From assembly GCA_036749735.1 (NCBI GenBank), contig DAINXV010000001.1, positions 449,870 through 513,869 of the forward strand: a stretch of 64,000 nucleotides of DNA, in the 5' to 3' direction. Each line of letters opens with the position of its first letter. Positions within the stretch are counted from its first letter, which is position 1. The DNA comes from Mycobacteriaceae bacterium. Lineage in GTDB: Bacteria > Actinomycetota > Actinomycetes > Mycobacteriales > Mycobacteriaceae. The translations under genes were made by a program, and so were the position numbers. Below, one piece after another: positions 21,900-32,715 of the stretch. The notes under the pieces were generated by a model, which saw only the letters and a list, made by a program, of their open reading frames with translations, was not told the origin of the DNA and ran no database searches.

Positions 21900-22301
21900 T
21901 TAGAGGTCTTCCCGGGTGCGACGGACGGTGACGGCGACGTCGTCGAAGGGGACTGGGATGGGGGCGTGGGGTTTATGTACCGTCACCTCCACCTCTTGCA
22001 TAAGCATGTGGGTTTCCAGCAGCTCCAGGGCAATGCGGTGGGCGACGGTTTCCAGGAGGTCAACGGAACGGCCTGTGAGGAAATTGTAGGCTTGGCGGCT
22101 GATCTCGGCGTAGTTGATGGTGTGGCGGAGGTCGTCGCTAGCCCCTGCCTCTCGGGTGTCCAGCCAGCAGCGCAGATCAATGGAGAACGCTTGGCCGTCC
22201 TTCTTTTCGAAATCTTCCACCCCGTGGTAGGCGTGGGCGGCAATGCCAGTTATCTGGATGCAGTCCAGGTGGCGGGGTGTGGGGGCAGTGGTGGACGACA
22301 T
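21900..22301 (-). CDS. folB: dihydroneopterin aldolase
   Basis: IQITGIAAHAYHGVEDFEKKDGQAFSIDL matches the FolB core. The start is set at the ATG at 22301, preceded by AGGAG, rather than the longer ORF start at 22403. Confidence 0.8.
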   Translation of the reverse strand: MSSTTAPTPRHLDCIQITGIAAHAYHGVEDFEKKDGQAFSIDLRCWLDTREAGASDDLRHTINYAEISRQAYNFLTGRSVDLLETVAHRIALELLETHMLMQEVEVTVHKPHAPIPVPFDDVAVTVRRTREDL

Positions 22302-22306
22302 GGCGG

Positions 22307-23191
22307 TCACTCCTGACGGTAAGGGTTGCGCCCCAGTGTCCAGGCGCGGGCAACAGCAAGGGCGGAAACGGTGGAGGGGACGTCGTGGACCCGCACACAC
22401 CAAGCATCGTTGAGGGCGGAAAGCAGGGAGATGGCGGCGGTGGCACTGTCGCGCATGGTGGGGGCGGGTGGTTCATCCTGGTGTGCGGGGACCGCGTCGG
22501 CAAGCAGCTCCCCTAGGAAACGCTTGCGGCTGGCACCCACCAGAACTGGGTATCCGAGCTGGTTGAGGAGCGGGAGGTCACGCAGCAGCTCCCAATCCTG
22601 GTCGCGGGTTTTGGCGAAACCCAGGCCGGGGTCCAACACAATATTGTCTTCGTGGATGCCGGCGGTGAGGGCGTCGTCCACAAGGTTAGCCAGTTCGAAG
22701 CGCACCACTTTGGCGATATTGTCGCCCTGGTAGGTGGCGCCAGCAGCATCCCCGAAACGGTTGGTTTCCCAGTGCATAATGCAGTAGGGAAGCTCGGCGT
22801 CGGCCACCACTTTCCGCATATCCGGGTCGGCTTGCCCACCGGAAACATCGTTGATGAGGTCAGCGCCGGCGGCCGCAGCAGCAGCGGCAACGTTGGCACG
22901 CATGGTGTCAACACTGACCGAAATACCGGCTGCGTGCAGCTCTTTAACGATCGGAACAACCCGCTGCAGTTCCTCCTCCGCCGTCACCCGCTGCGCTCCG
23001 GGACGCGTGGATTCGCCACCAATGTCGATAATGTCCGCACCTTGAGCCACCATGTCGTGGGCGTGCTGCAGGGCAGCGTCCATATTGTTCCAGCGGCCAC
23101 CGTCGGAGAAAGAATCGGGCGTGATGTTGAGGATGCCCATCACTTGGCATTGTGAGGTGTCCAACTGAATGCGGGTGGTGGATGTCGTCAT
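22307..23191 (-). CDS. folP: dihydropteroate synthase
   Basis: GILNITPDSFSDGG and DIIDIGGESTRPG pterin-binding motifs. ATG at 23191 with AGGAAG upstream. A GTG at 23200 is possible. Confidence 0.85.
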   Translation of the reverse strand: MTTSTTRIQLDTSQCQVMGILNITPDSFSDGGRWNNMDAALQHAHDMVAQGADIIDIGGESTRPGAQRVTAEEELQRVVPIVKELHAAGISVSVDTMRANVAAAAAAAGADLINDVSGGQADPDMRKVVADAELPYCIMHWETNRFGDAAGATYQGDNIAKVVRFELANLVDDALTAGIHEDNIVLDPGLGFAKTRDQDWELLRDLPLLNQLGYPVLVGASRKRFLGELLADAVPAHQDEPPAPTMRDSATAAISLLSALNDAWCVRVHDVPSTVSALAVARAWTLGRNPYRQE

Positions 23192-23212
23192 AGCTGGCAC
23201 TTCCTAAGGTCT

Positions 23213-23863
23213 CTACATGCGAGGATCACGAATAAGAGAGATAGCTTCGGCACGGGCTTTCGCGTTGGAACGCAGATAGCCACGAATAGCGGAGGTGGTG
23301 GTGATGGAGCCGGGTTTGCGGATGCCGCGCATCGACATGCACAGGTGCTCACATTCAATAACCACAATGGCACCGCGCGCGTTGAGGCGCTCCATGATGG
23401 AGTCGGCGACCTGGCCGGTGAGGCGCTCCTGCACCTGCGGGCGTTTTGCGTAAAGGTCCACTAGCCGGGCAAGTTTGGACAGCCCCGTGATGCGGCCATC
23501 CTCGTTGGGGATATATCCGATGTGGGCGACCCCGTGAAAAGGCAGCAAGTGGTGTTCGCACATGCTGTAGACCGGAATGTCGCGCACCAAAACCAGCTCA
23601 TCGTAGCCTTCGGTGAAACTGGTGGCGAGCACTTCAGAGGGATCTTCGTGGAGGCCACCAAAAATTTCGGTGTAGGCGCGGGCCACCCGGGTGGGAGTAT
23701 CTTTCAAACCCTCCCGGTCGGGGTCTTCCCCAAGTCCGATGAGGAGTTCCCGGATCGCAGCCGTTACTCGATCGAAGTCGTATTCTCCGTATGCCATTTT
23801 GTTGCTACTTGTCCTCTGTGGTGGAGCTGTCGTCATCACTGTTGGGTGCGGCAGCGGGTTCAT
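23213..23863 (-). CDS. folE: GTP cyclohydrolase I
   Basis: Conserved CEHHLLPF and HVGYIP segments. ATG at 23863 has GAGGA at good spacing but overlaps the ftsH 3' end. ATG at 23797 gives a 195 aa alternative. Confidence 0.85.
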   Translation of the reverse strand: MNPLPHPTVMTTAPPQRTSSNKMAYGEYDFDRVTAAIRELLIGLGEDPDREGLKDTPTRVARAYTEIFGGLHEDPSEVLATSFTEGYDELVLVRDIPVYSMCEHHLLPFHGVAHIGYIPNEDGRITGLSKLARLVDLYAKRPQVQERLTGQVADSIMERLNARGAIVVIECEHLCMSMRGIRKPGSITTTSAIRGYLRSNAKARAEAISLIRDPRM

Positions 23864-25868
23864 CCGCCGGGTCCTCGGCGGGGGTTTCTTTAGGCGGCCA
23901 CTCTTCGCCCTGTTCGCGGGCCAACTCGCCCGGGGTTTTCACTGGCGGGATGGTGGATGGGATGCGCTCCCCAAAGTCATCAAATTCGGTGATGCGGGGG
24001 CGCTTGGCGACGCCTGCCAGGATCTTTTCCAGGTCGGGACGACGCAGCGTTTCCTTCTCCAAGAGTTCGAAAGCCAGCTTGTCTAAATACTCGCGGTACT
24101 GGTTGAGAGTGGCCCAAGCTTCAGTGTGGCACACGTCAATAATGCGGTGGACTTCCTCATCAATGTCGCGGGCGACCTCGTGGGAGTAGTCCGCTTTGGA
24201 GCCGAGGGCACGTCCCAGGAACGGGTCGCCTTCCTCTTCCCCATATTTGACGGGACCGATCTTCTCGCTCATGCCCCATTCGCACACCATGGCGCGGGCA
24301 ATCTTGGTGGCCTGCTCAATATCGTTGGAGGCACCAGTGGTGGGTTCCGCGAACACTAGTTCTTCGGCGGTACGACCACCCATGGCGAACACAATCTGGC
24401 CGAGCAGCTGGGTGCGGGTGCGCAGTCCAGAGTCGTCCTCCCCTGCCACCATGGAGAAACCGCCGGTGCGGCCACGGGGCAGGATGGTGACCTTGTAGAC
24501 CGGATCCATTTGGGGCATTGCCCAGGCGCAGATGGTGTGGCCCGCCTCGTGGTAGGCCGTCACCTTCTTTTCCTTCTCGGAAATAATCTTGCCTTTGCGG
24601 CGTGGACCGCCGATCACGCGGTCGGTGGCTTCCTCCAAGTTTTCGGGAGTGATGGCCTTCTGGTTTTGGCGGGCAGTAAGCAAGGCGGCCTCATTGAGCA
24701 CGTTGGCGAGGTCCGCACCAGAGAAACCAACGGTACGTTTGGCCAGTGCTTTCAGGTCGCAGTCCTTGGTGAAGGGTTTGCCTTTGGCGTGCACTTTCAG
24801 AATTTCGGCGCGTCCCTTGAGGTCGGGGTTGACGACCGGAACCTGCCGGTCGAAGCGGCCCGGGCGCAGCAAGGCCGGGTCGAGCACGTCAACCCGGTTG
24901 GTGGCGGCCATCAAAATGACGTCTTGGCGATCGTCGAAACCATCCATCTCCACCAGCAGCTGGTTGAGGGTCTGTTCGCGTTCGTCGTGTCCGCCACCGA
25001 TACCAGCGCCACGCTGGCGGCCGACGGCATCAATCTCGTCGATGAAAATGATGGCGGGGCTGTTTTTCTTAGCCTGTTCAAACAGATCGCGCACGCGGGA
25101 GGCACCCACACCGGCGAACATTTCCACAAAGTCCGAACCGGAGATGGTGAAGAACGGTACTTCTGCTTCGCCTGCCACAGCACGCGCCAACAGGGTTTTA
25201 CCGGTTCCGGGTGGCCCGTAGAGGAGGACACCGCGGGGGATCTTGGCGCCCAGTTTTTCGTAGCGCTCCGGATGCTGCAGGAAGTCTTTAATTTCGCGGA
25301 GTTCCTCCACCGCCTCATCCTCACCGGCAACATCATCGAAGGTGGTCTTGGGGCGGTCCTTATTGATGCCGCTGGCAGTAGATTTGCCGAACGACATGGG
25401 TCCGCCTTTTTGCATGCGGGCAAAGAACCAGAAGAGGAGAGCAAGGAGCAGTAGGGTGGGCCCGATGTAGATGAGGGCCTGCATGAACCAGCTGGATTCG
25501 TGGACTTCGGTGTTGTAGTCCGCGTCTTTGGTGTCTTCCAGGAGGGCGAAGAGGTCGCGCGCAACACCCATCGGGTACTGGGCGGTGATGTGGACGGTCT
25601 TGTCGATGTCCTTTTCGTCGAGTCCCAGTTCTTTCAGGTTGGAGGGCGGTTCTTTAATGCCCTTCTTGAGGTCGAGTTTGAGAACCTGTTCGCGATCCTC
25701 GATCACTACCTTCTTGACGTTGCCTTTCTTTATTTGGGCAATCGCGACGGAGGTATTGACGTTGCGGTAGTCTGTCTCTCCTTGTTTGCCGAAAAAGGAC
25801 ATGCCGACGAGCAACAATACGAGGAAGGCAATAATGCCTATATTGCGAAATAGTTTCTTACGGTCCAT
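23805..25868 (-). CDS. ftsH: ATP-dependent zinc metalloprotease FtsH
   Basis: Two N-terminal TM helices, an AAA module (GPPGTGKT Walker A, DEIDA Walker B), the zinc motif HEAGH, and an acidic C-terminal tail. Confidence 0.95.
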   Translation of the reverse strand: MDRKKLFRNIGIIAFLVLLLVGMSFFGKQGETDYRNVNTSVAIAQIKKGNVKKVVIEDREQVLKLDLKKGIKEPPSNLKELGLDEKDIDKTVHITAQYPMGVARDLFALLEDTKDADYNTEVHESSWFMQALIYIGPTLLLLALLFWFFARMQKGGPMSFGKSTASGINKDRPKTTFDDVAGEDEAVEELREIKDFLQHPERYEKLGAKIPRGVLLYGPPGTGKTLLARAVAGEAEVPFFTISGSDFVEMFAGVGASRVRDLFEQAKKNSPAIIFIDEIDAVGRQRGAGIGGGHDEREQTLNQLLVEMDGFDDRQDVILMAATNRVDVLDPALLRPGRFDRQVPVVNPDLKGRAEILKVHAKGKPFTKDCDLKALAKRTVGFSGADLANVLNEAALLTARQNQKAITPENLEEATDRVIGGPRRKGKIISEKEKKVTAYHEAGHTICAWAMPQMDPVYKVTILPRGRTGGFSMVAGEDDSGLRTRTQLLGQIVFAMGGRTAEELVFAEPTTGASNDIEQATKIARAMVCEWGMSEKIGPVKYGEEEGDPFLGRALGSKADYSHEVARDIDEEVHRIIDVCHTEAWATLNQYREYLDKLAFELLEKETLRRPDLEKILAGVAKRPRITEFDDFGERIPSTIPPVKTPGELAREQGEEWPPKETPAEDPADEPAAAPNSDDDSSTTEDK

Positions 25869-25965
25869 GCTGTACGGGCGCTTTAGGGGGTGCGGCCCAT
25901 CCCTTCTACGTACATAATACAGAGTGCTGAAACTCTAGCATTACCACTGCTTAACGGGTTCTTTT

Positions 25966-26550
25966 TTAGTTTTTATTTTCGTAAATTGCGGGTTTCAGAA
26001 GACCAATATAGGGCAGGGTGCGGTAGGCCTCCGCATAGTCCAACCCGTAGCCCACGACAAACTCGTCGGGAATGTCGAAACCAACATCGGCGCATTCAAT
26101 GTCGGCATTCATGGCTTTCGGTTTCCGCAGCAAGGTCACAACTTCCAGGCTGCGGGGGTTGCGGGCAGCCAGGTTGCGGATCAGCCAAGACAGGGTGAGT
26201 CCGGAGTCAATAATGTCCTCGACGATCACCACATCGCGGCCAGCAATGTCCCGGTCCAGGTCTTTCAAGATACGAACCACACCCGAGGAGGTGGTGCCGG
26301 AGCCGTAGGAAGCCACCGCCATGAATTCCATCTCGCAGGGGATATTGAGATGGCGGCAGAAGTCCGTCAGGAAAATGACGGCACCTTTCAGCACACACAC
26401 CAAAATGAGGTCTTGGGGATCATCTTTGTGCCGCTCGGAGGTAGCTTCGGCCAGTTCACGGACGCGACTGCTGAGAGTCTCTTCGTCGATCAGAACACGG
26501 GCGATATCGGCGGCGCAGAAAGCGGGGGTAGTGGGCTGCACAGTAGTCAT
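25966..26550 (-). CDS. hpt: hypoxanthine-guanine phosphoribosyltransferase
   Basis: PRPP-binding motif [13 protein letters not shown]. Confidence 0.9.
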   Translation of the reverse strand: MTTVQPTTPAFCAADIARVLIDEETLSSRVRELAEATSERHKDDPQDLILVCVLKGAVIFLTDFCRHLNIPCEMEFMAVASYGSGTTSSGVVRILKDLDRDIAGRDVVIVEDIIDSGLTLSWLIRNLAARNPRSLEVVTLLRKPKAMNADIECADVGFDIPDEFVVGYGLDYAEAYRTLPYIGLLKPAIYENKN

Positions 26551-26616
26551 CAGCTTCCTGGAAAAGAGAGGTTATCCGCGGGTGCGAGTACACATTTGAG
26601 AGTAGTCAACCACAAG

Positions 26617-27630
26617 TTATTTCCCCAACTTTTCGTCATTTTTCGGTAGGAACAGCAACTTGTTGTGGCGGCGTGCGACCCGGTTGTCTGCGGGGAGAGC
26701 CACCGGCCCTTGTCCCGACCAGTCGGTGACGAGCCGTTGGAGTTCTTGCAGCTGCACATAGTTCAGCTCTGCCATATCCGCTCCCCCGCAGCTATGAACC
26801 CAGCTGCGTAGCACCCGGCTGAGCAGCGGAAGTGGCAGTTCTGACAAGTCTTGGGTGGGAAGCGAAGTAGGCAGGTCGGCGGCGGGCTGGGCAAGCGCAG
26901 CGGCAGCAGTCTCCGTCACCGGCTTCTCTGCCAGCTGCTCCAGCAAGGTAGCCGCCATCGCATCCAAATGGTCCGTGTCTTGGGCAACAAGTTCCGCGGT
27001 GCGGGCAATAGCTGCTGTTACGTCCGCGTTGGCAATGTCGCGCAGCAGGGGAAGCAGTTCGTGGCGGATCCGCACCCGCGCGAAACGGGGATCCTCGTTA
27101 TGGGGATCATCCCAGTAGTCAATGCCGTGCTCGGCGCAGGCGGCGCGGGTGACGGCACGGGGCACCCCCAACAGTGGACGTCCCCAGGGGGCATCCCACT
27201 CCCGCATACCGGCAATGGCGCGCGGACCCGAGCCCCGCACCAGCCCCAGCAGCAGGGTTTCCGCCTGGTCGTCCTGAGTGTGGCCCAAAAGCACCGGTTG
27301 GCCTGCTCGGTGTTGCTCCAAAGCCTGATATCGCACTGCCCGGGCAGCGGCCTCCATCCCCTGCTTCGCCGAATCCGTGACCGTAACGGTAATGACACGG
27401 GCATCGACACAACCCAGTTGGCGGGCCTGCTGTGCCGCATGGGCAGCAACATCAGCGGAGCCCTCCTGCAGTTGATGGTCCACAATAAGTGCCGTCACCT
27501 GCGCCCCCGTGCGAATCGCCCCGGCAGTGAGAGCCAAAGAGTCCGCTCCACCGGAAAGCGCCACACACAGTGCCTCCGGCTGGCCATGGTTTTCCCACCA
27601 GGTGCGGACCGCGCGCGTCACCTCCCACAT
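26617..27630 (-). CDS. tilS: tRNA(Ile)-lysidine synthetase
   Basis: PP-loop ALSGGADSLAL. The start is set at ATG 27630 (GGAG 7 nt upstream; 22 aa before the PP-loop, as in the mycobacterial homolog). The longest ORF goes to a GTG at 27708. Confidence 0.8.
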   Translation of the reverse strand: MWEVTRAVRTWWENHGQPEALCVALSGGADSLALTAGAIRTGAQVTALIVDHQLQEGSADVAAHAAQQARQLGCVDARVITVTVTDSAKQGMEAAARAVRYQALEQHRAGQPVLLGHTQDDQAETLLLGLVRGSGPRAIAGMREWDAPWGRPLLGVPRAVTRAACAEHGIDYWDDPHNEDPRFARVRIRHELLPLLRDIANADVTAAIARTAELVAQDTDHLDAMAATLLEQLAEKPVTETAAAALAQPAADLPTSLPTQDLSELPLPLLSRVLRSWVHSCGGADMAELNYVQLQELQRLVTDWSGQGPVALPADNRVARRHNKLLFLPKNDEKLGK

Positions 27631-27701
27631 GTGGGGATCTCCAGAGCCTCCAAAAGTGGTGGCGTGGGGTAGCGGATGGCGGGTCTCTTCACTGCACATT
27701 A

Positions 27702-29024
27702 CTAGCACCCATGCAGGTAAACAGCGGTAGAAAGCTGGTCAATCGTGGAGTTGGGGCCCCACCCGTAGCTGTTGTTCGCCAGGAAGGAGAAATAGAGTGG
27801 GGTGCCGCTGCGGCGCGTGTAAACGACTCCCGCGAGCGTACTGACCCCGGTGAGGGAGCCAGTTTTGGCGCGCACATGTCCCCGCCCAGCTGCGGCCGGC
27901 CCGCCGAAACGGTACCGGAGAGTGCCGGTTTGTCCGGCAATCGGCAAGTAGCGGTAAATAATGTCAGTGACGGTGCGTTTTTCGACTGCGGAGCGGGGTC
28001 GCAGAGTTTCGGTGACGGTGCGCGCGGACAGCCGGTTCAGGTTGCTCAGGCCGGAAGTGTCGTAGAGTTTGGCACCCTTAGTGGAGATACCGTGGGCACG
28101 GACCTCCTCCAGTACGGCGTTAGCCGCACCGCGGAAACTCGCCGGTTGGCCCTTCGCCGCAGCCACTTCCCTACCGATGGATTCAGCCAGCACATTGTCG
28201 GAGTAGAGCAGCATATCCGCCACCCGGTCCTCCAGAGTGGCCGATTGGATACTACCCAAGGTGAAGGGCGCGAGTCTCGGGGTACCCACCTCGATTTTCA
28301 CGTCCTTGAGCCCCAAGTATTGCAGCAGCGTCGCCCCCAGTTGGAGACTCGGATTGGGGGTGCGGGAGTTGTACCAGCCAGTGTCGTAGACACGTCCGCC
28401 GTCCAGCATGGCGGGCACCATGGGGGTGATGCTGCCGCCCCCAATATCTTCCCGGTACCAGCCCGGCGCCATGGTGGGGCCACTGTAGAAACTGTTGTCG
28501 ATGATGAGCCGTTTGGGGCGGAGGGCAGGCGGCACCCGGTCGAGTTTGCGTTTCACCTGGTTGGCAAGGTCGTTCAGGCGGGGCGCATTCCGGTAGAAGG
28601 TGCGACCGTTTTTGCGGCGGGAGATGGTGACGTCGCCGGTGCCGTGCAGCACCAGGCTGCCATCGATGGCGAGGCTGACGGTGGTTTTTTGGCGGGCGTT
28701 GCGATCCAAGACGTGCAGCGCACTATAGGCCGTGAGGAGTTTGGTGACGGAGGCTGGTGCCAGGAGCCGGTCAGCAGATTTGTCCCAGTAGGTTTTGCCC
28801 AGTGAGTTGGTGACGATACCCCCGAAGCTGGAGAGTCCCCCCTGGTTGAGGATGCTGTTGAGATGCTGCTGCAGCGCGGCAGTGTTGCAGCCGATGGTGG
28901 GGGCGGGTGCGGGCGCGGCGGTTGCCGGCGCCACCGTGGAGAGAGGGTTCGCGGGCGCGACAAGAAAGCTGGCGCTAAGTGCGAGGGCGATACCTAGGCT
29001 GAGATGTTTGCGCATAACAGACAT
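27702..29024 (-). CDS. dacB: D-alanyl-D-alanine carboxypeptidase/endopeptidase, PBP4 (peptidase S13) family
   Basis: Signal peptide, and SxxK active-site motif (PASVTKLLTAYSAL). Confidence 0.8.
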   Translation of the reverse strand: MSVMRKHLSLGIALALSASFLVAPANPLSTVAPATAAPAPAPTIGCNTAALQQHLNSILNQGGLSSFGGIVTNSLGKTYWDKSADRLLAPASVTKLLTAYSALHVLDRNARQKTTVSLAIDGSLVLHGTGDVTISRRKNGRTFYRNAPRLNDLANQVKRKLDRVPPALRPKRLIIDNSFYSGPTMAPGWYREDIGGGSITPMVPAMLDGGRVYDTGWYNSRTPNPSLQLGATLLQYLGLKDVKIEVGTPRLAPFTLGSIQSATLEDRVADMLLYSDNVLAESIGREVAAAKGQPASFRGAANAVLEEVRAHGISTKGAKLYDTSGLSNLNRLSARTVTETLRPRSAVEKRTVTDIIYRYLPIAGQTGTLRYRFGGPAAAGRGHVRAKTGSLTGVSTLAGVVYTRRSGTPLYFSFLANNSYGWGPNSTIDQLSTAVYLHGC

Positions 29025-29039
29025 GGTACCCAGGTTGTG

Positions 29040-30452
29040 TTAGTCCTCGCACCCACAGGTGTAGAGGGTGGCGGCCAGCGTGTCGAGTCCCGGGCGAGCC
29101 ACATGCGGTGGTTCGCCGTTCATAATGAAGGCGAAAAGAAGCACCCGTCCGTCGCGGTTGACCACAAACCCGGCCAGGCTGCTGGCGGTGGAAAGGGTGC
29201 CGGTTTTGGCGCGGATCCACCCGCGGGCGTCCTTGTCGCTTCCTTGGAACCGGTAGGACAAGGTACCGGAGCCACCAGAAACGGGTAGGTCATCCAGCAG
29301 ATTGCGGGAGACGTCGTTCTTGGTGGAAAGTTGCAACACTTCCACCAGGGTGGCGGAGCTCAAACGGTTATCGAGGGAGAGTCCGGAGGCGTCGTACATG
29401 TCGAGATTGTCGACATCCACTTTGTGCTTTTTGAGAATGTTTTTGATGGCGGTGGTGGCGCCGTCGAAGGTGGCGGGCTGGTTTTCGTGGTGTGCGATTT
29501 CCCGGCCGACTGCTTCAGCCAGCACATTATCGGAGTGGATGAGCAGGTCGTGCAGGCGGGTGATGAGGGGCGCTGACCACACAGTGCCCAGAACGGTGCC
29601 GGCGGTGGAGGATTGGTTGGTGACGGACACTTTGCTGATGCCGAGGTACTGTGCCAAGGCTTTGCCGGCTTGGGTGGCGGGGCTCATGACGCGTGCCGAG
29701 TTTTCCATCCGGTTATTTTTGCGGCCCCCATCCACCATGACGGGACTCATGGGTGCGACGGAACCACCATCAATGTCGGCCGTGTGCCAGGCGCGAGCCA
29801 TGGTGGAGCCCCGGTAGAAGGAGGTGTCCACAAGGATCCGTTTGGGGGTGACACCATGTTTGGCGAGAGCTTTTTTGGTGCGGGCCGCCAGTGTCGACAG
29901 ATGGGCAGCGTCTTGGTAGAAGCTGGGCTCGCCCAGTTCCGCATTGGAGAGGGTGACGTCCCCGTATCCTTTCAGGATGAGGGTGCCGTCGGAGGCCAAG
30001 AGGGTCTCTGTTTTGACACGATGGTCGGTGGGAAGAACGAGCAGTGCCGCCTGCGCCGTCAACAGCTTCATGACGGAGGCGGACTGAAGGGCTGAATTGG
30101 GGTTGTATTCCCACAGGGTTTTCCCGCTGGCGGCATCCACGACAGTGCCGGTGAAGTCGTGGAACATGGGGTCGGCCACAATCGGGTCGAGGGCCGCGGC
30201 AATGGCCTCGGCGGATGGCCGCGGGGCGTCGTCACCTGCTTTGACGAAAACATTATCCACTTGGGCGGTTTCTGGAGGGAACGGAACGCCTTTAACCCAG
30301 CTAGAAGCGTCAATAGAGTTCACGCCGCGGGCGCGCGGGACGAGGTAGACGGATAATGCAACGCCAACACCCAACACCACCACAACGAGGATGGATAGGG
30401 CAGCAATAAAGCGTTTGCGGTTCTTCAACACCGTTCTCCTAGCGAGTTTCAA
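29040..30452 (-). CDS. second PBP4/S13-family D-Ala-D-Ala carboxypeptidase (tandem paralog)
   Basis: N-terminal TM anchor, and SxxK motif (ASVMKLLTAQAAL). It is colinear with the downstream dacB-like gene. Confidence 0.75.
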   Translation of the reverse strand: MKLARRTVLKNRKRFIAALSILVVVVLGVGVALSVYLVPRARGVNSIDASSWVKGVPFPPETAQVDNVFVKAGDDAPRPSAEAIAAALDPIVADPMFHDFTGTVVDAASGKTLWEYNPNSALQSASVMKLLTAQAALLVLPTDHRVKTETLLASDGTLILKGYGDVTLSNAELGEPSFYQDAAHLSTLAARTKKALAKHGVTPKRILVDTSFYRGSTMARAWHTADIDGGSVAPMSPVMVDGGRKNNRMENSARVMSPATQAGKALAQYLGISKVSVTNQSSTAGTVLGTVWSAPLITRLHDLLIHSDNVLAEAVGREIAHHENQPATFDGATTAIKNILKKHKVDVDNLDMYDASGLSLDNRLSSATLVEVLQLSTKNDVSRNLLDDLPVSGGSGTLSYRFQGSDKDARGWIRAKTGTLSTASSLAGFVVNRDGRVLLFAFIMNGEPPHVARPGLDTLAATLYTCGCED

Positions 30453-30592
30453 GTGGGAGTGCAGGGTGGTCCCTGAAGGGAGAGTCGACAGCTATTCTTT
30501 CATGAAATGGGCACCGAGTGTGAAGTGTGTGCCAGTCCTCGACTATTCTTAATAGAAATAATATCTATTCGATAGTGAAAGCAGGTCTTGCC

Positions 30593-31069
30593 ATGAGCTT
30601 GGAAGTCATCGTCGAGATCCCGAAGGGTTCCCGTAACAAGTACGAGATCGACCATGAAACTGGTCGCGTCCACCTGGACCGCTACCTGTTCACCCCGATG
30701 GCCTACCCCACCGACTATGGATTCATCGACAACACTCTAGGCGAAGATGGAGATCCGCTGGATGCTCTCGTTATTCTTCCCGAGTCGGTAGTGCCCGGCT
30801 GTGTCGTTCCGGCACGCCTGGTGGGAGTCTTCAACATGACCGACGAAGCCGGTGGCGACGACAAGCTCATCACCGTGCTGGATGATCCCCGCTGGAACCA
30901 CATCCAGGACATCAACGATGTGCCGGAAGACCTCCGCAACGAAATTGAGCACTTCTTCGTCCACTACAAGGACCTGGAGCCCAATAAGGAAGTTTCCGGA
31001 ACTGGCTGGGGAGATAAGGCTGAAGCAGATCGCATTCTGCAGGAAGCCATCGAGCGTTTCCAGGACTAG
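30593..31069 (+). CDS. ppa: inorganic pyrophosphatase
   Basis: [18 protein letters not shown]... family I PPase signature. ATG at 30593 gives 158 aa. The longer ORF from 30527 adds a non-conserved 22 aa. Confidence 0.9.
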   Translation: MSLEVIVEIPKGSRNKYEIDHETGRVHLDRYLFTPMAYPTDYGFIDNTLGEDGDPLDALVILPESVVPGCVVPARLVGVFNMTDEAGGDDKLITVLDDPRWNHIQDINDVPEDLRNEIEHFFVHYKDLEPNKEVSGTGWGDKAEADRILQEAIERFQD

Positions 31070-31097
31070 TTTTTAAACATCAACCCAAACGGGACGA

Positions 31098-31134
31098 ATG
31101 GGGTCAGCCGGATGTGGCTGACCCCATTTTGTTG
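31098..31134 (+). terminator. intrinsic terminator of ppa
   Basis: Hairpin ATGGGGTCAGCC-ggatgt-GGCTGACCCCAT, followed by TTTGTTG. Confidence 0.6.
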
Positions 31135-31206
31135 CGCCCATTTTGTGTCCAGAGTATCCCGCCTAATCGGGTGGGTTCTCGGTTGCGCGATCAGCGGTGT
31201 CTGGCG

Positions 31207-31413
31207 TTACGCCACTCGGGTGCTGTCCGCTGAATCTTTTCCCGACGGAAGCCGTCCCGCCTCTTTAAGTTTTTCGCGAAGCAGCATTTCGATCTGGGCG
31301 TTAATGGACCGCAGATCATCGGCCGCCCACTTCGCCACCCCCTCATAGGTTTGGGGGGTGAGACGCAGGGACAGTGTTTTCCGCTTAGTTTGGGATACTT
31401 TGCGGTTTGCCAT
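31207..31413 (-). CDS. ribbon-helix-helix (Arc/MetJ-type) DNA-binding protein, antitoxin-like
   Basis: 68 aa. KTLSLRLTPQTYEGVAKWAADDLRSINAQIEMLLREKL fits the Arc-domain pattern (beta-strand with basic residues followed by two helices). Confidence 0.5.
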   Translation of the reverse strand: MANRKVSQTKRKTLSLRLTPQTYEGVAKWAADDLRSINAQIEMLLREKLKEAGRLPSGKDSADSTRVA

Positions 31414-31466
31414 GGGATTTCATTCTCCTTACCAAGCCGGTGGGTTGCGGCCAGCCTGGTGACCTA

Positions 31467-32534
31467 CTAGTTATACAAACTTCCAGTGTTGACGACGGGA
31501 CTTACGTGGTTATCGGAGCACAGCACCACCAAAAGGTTCGACACCATGGAGGCACGCCGTTCGTCATCCAATTCGACAATGTCCTGTGCTTCCAAACGGT
31601 CCAGGGCTTCTTCCACCATGGAGACGGCGCCTTCCACGATTCGCTCCCGCGCTGCCACTACCGCTGCGGCCTGCTGGCGTTGCAGCATGGCTTGCGCAAT
31701 TTCGGGCGCATAGGCGAGGGAGCTGATGCGGGCCTCAATAACTTGGATGCCGGCGGCCGCGACACGAGCAGACACTTCGTCGGCAAGCTCCTGGCTCACC
31801 TCGTCGGTGGAGCCGCGCAGACTGACCACATCTTGGCGATTGCCCTCGTCATAGGGGTGGCCGGAAATGACGTGGCGAAGTGCGGACTCCGACTGGGCGT
31901 AAATGAACTCTTCATAATTTTCCACGGCGAAGGATGCCCGTGCAGTGTCGGCAACCGTCCACACCACAATGGCGGCGGTGGTGACGGGATTTCCATCCAG
32001 GTCGTTTATTTTAAGTTCGTTGGTTTCGAAGTTGCGCACACGCACCGACATCTTCGTTCCTTTGGCAAAAGGATTAGCGAAAATAAAACCGGTGTCGCGA
32101 ATGGTGCCCACATATTTGCCAAAGAAAACCAGCACTTTGGTGTGTCCGGGCTGCACAATATGGAAACCGGAGGTGGGAAGCAGCGCCAACACCAACAAAA
32201 TCACTGGAAAAGCAACTGATGAGTCGGTCTCCACCGATACCGTCAACAGCCATATTGCTATGCCAAATACGGCCACTAGGGCGAGGACCAGCAAGAAGGA
32301 TGCCCACGTGGGGAGATGCCAGGCTTTGCGTTCCTGGATGGTGTGTTCCACGGTGGGCGGTTGACGGTGGGATGTGTTGCTCGCCAGGGGTTGCACCGGG
32401 GCGGCTGGCTGTTCTGCGGATTGTGGGGAAGGGTGTTGCGGGATATCAGGATTGTGGGGCGGTACTATGTGGGGCCCGTTAGCGTGGGGTTTAAATCCGT
32501 CTTTTCCAGAGGGGCCGAAGGGGTTTTCTGGCAT
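31467..32534 (-). CDS. SPFH/Band-7 (stomatin/prohibitin-like) membrane protein
   Basis: A Pro/Gln-rich N-terminus, one TM segment, then an SPFH core and a coiled-coil C-terminus. ATG at 32534 has AAAGG upstream. The longest ORF starts at a GTG at 32561 that has no SD. Confidence 0.75.
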   Translation of the reverse strand: MPENPFGPSGKDGFKPHANGPHIVPPHNPDIPQHPSPQSAEQPAAPVQPLASNTSHRQPPTVEHTIQERKAWHLPTWASFLLVLALVAVFGIAIWLLTVSVETDSSVAFPVILLVLALLPTSGFHIVQPGHTKVLVFFGKYVGTIRDTGFIFANPFAKGTKMSVRVRNFETNELKINDLDGNPVTTAAIVVWTVADTARASFAVENYEEFIYAQSESALRHVISGHPYDEGNRQDVVSLRGSTDEVSQELADEVSARVAAAGIQVIEARISSLAYAPEIAQAMLQRQQAAAVVAARERIVEGAVSMVEEALDRLEAQDIVELDDERRASMVSNLLVVLCSDNHVSPVVNTGSLYN

Positions 32535-32575
32535 GAGGTACCTTTCGAGATGATGGGACACTAGTTAACGGATGT

Positions 32576-32602
32576 TATACCAATATGGTATCACTTTGGT
32601 TT
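32576..32602. promoter_or_regulatory. operator-like palindromes (ATACCAATATGGTAT overlapping ACCAATATG-GTAT-CACTTTGGT) in a divergent promoter region
   Basis: A 15-mer TGGTATCACTTTGGT is shared exactly with a second intergenic site at 43409-43423. Confidence 0.35.
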
Positions 32603-32715
32603 ATTTGTGACTAGGGGTAACGGCCCCACGCTGTGTTACCTGTTGCCACGTTCCTTGAAGCACTGAATCGTTTTATAGACGATAGGGGTAAGAAAAATTA
32701 CAGAAAAGGTTAACC

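Noticed and set aside
31112-31348. 78 aa + strand ORF overlapping the RHH gene on the opposite strand.
   Set aside because: It lies antisense to a better-supported ORF and reads through the ppa terminator hairpin. Its composition is Ser/Arg-rich shadow-ORF-like.
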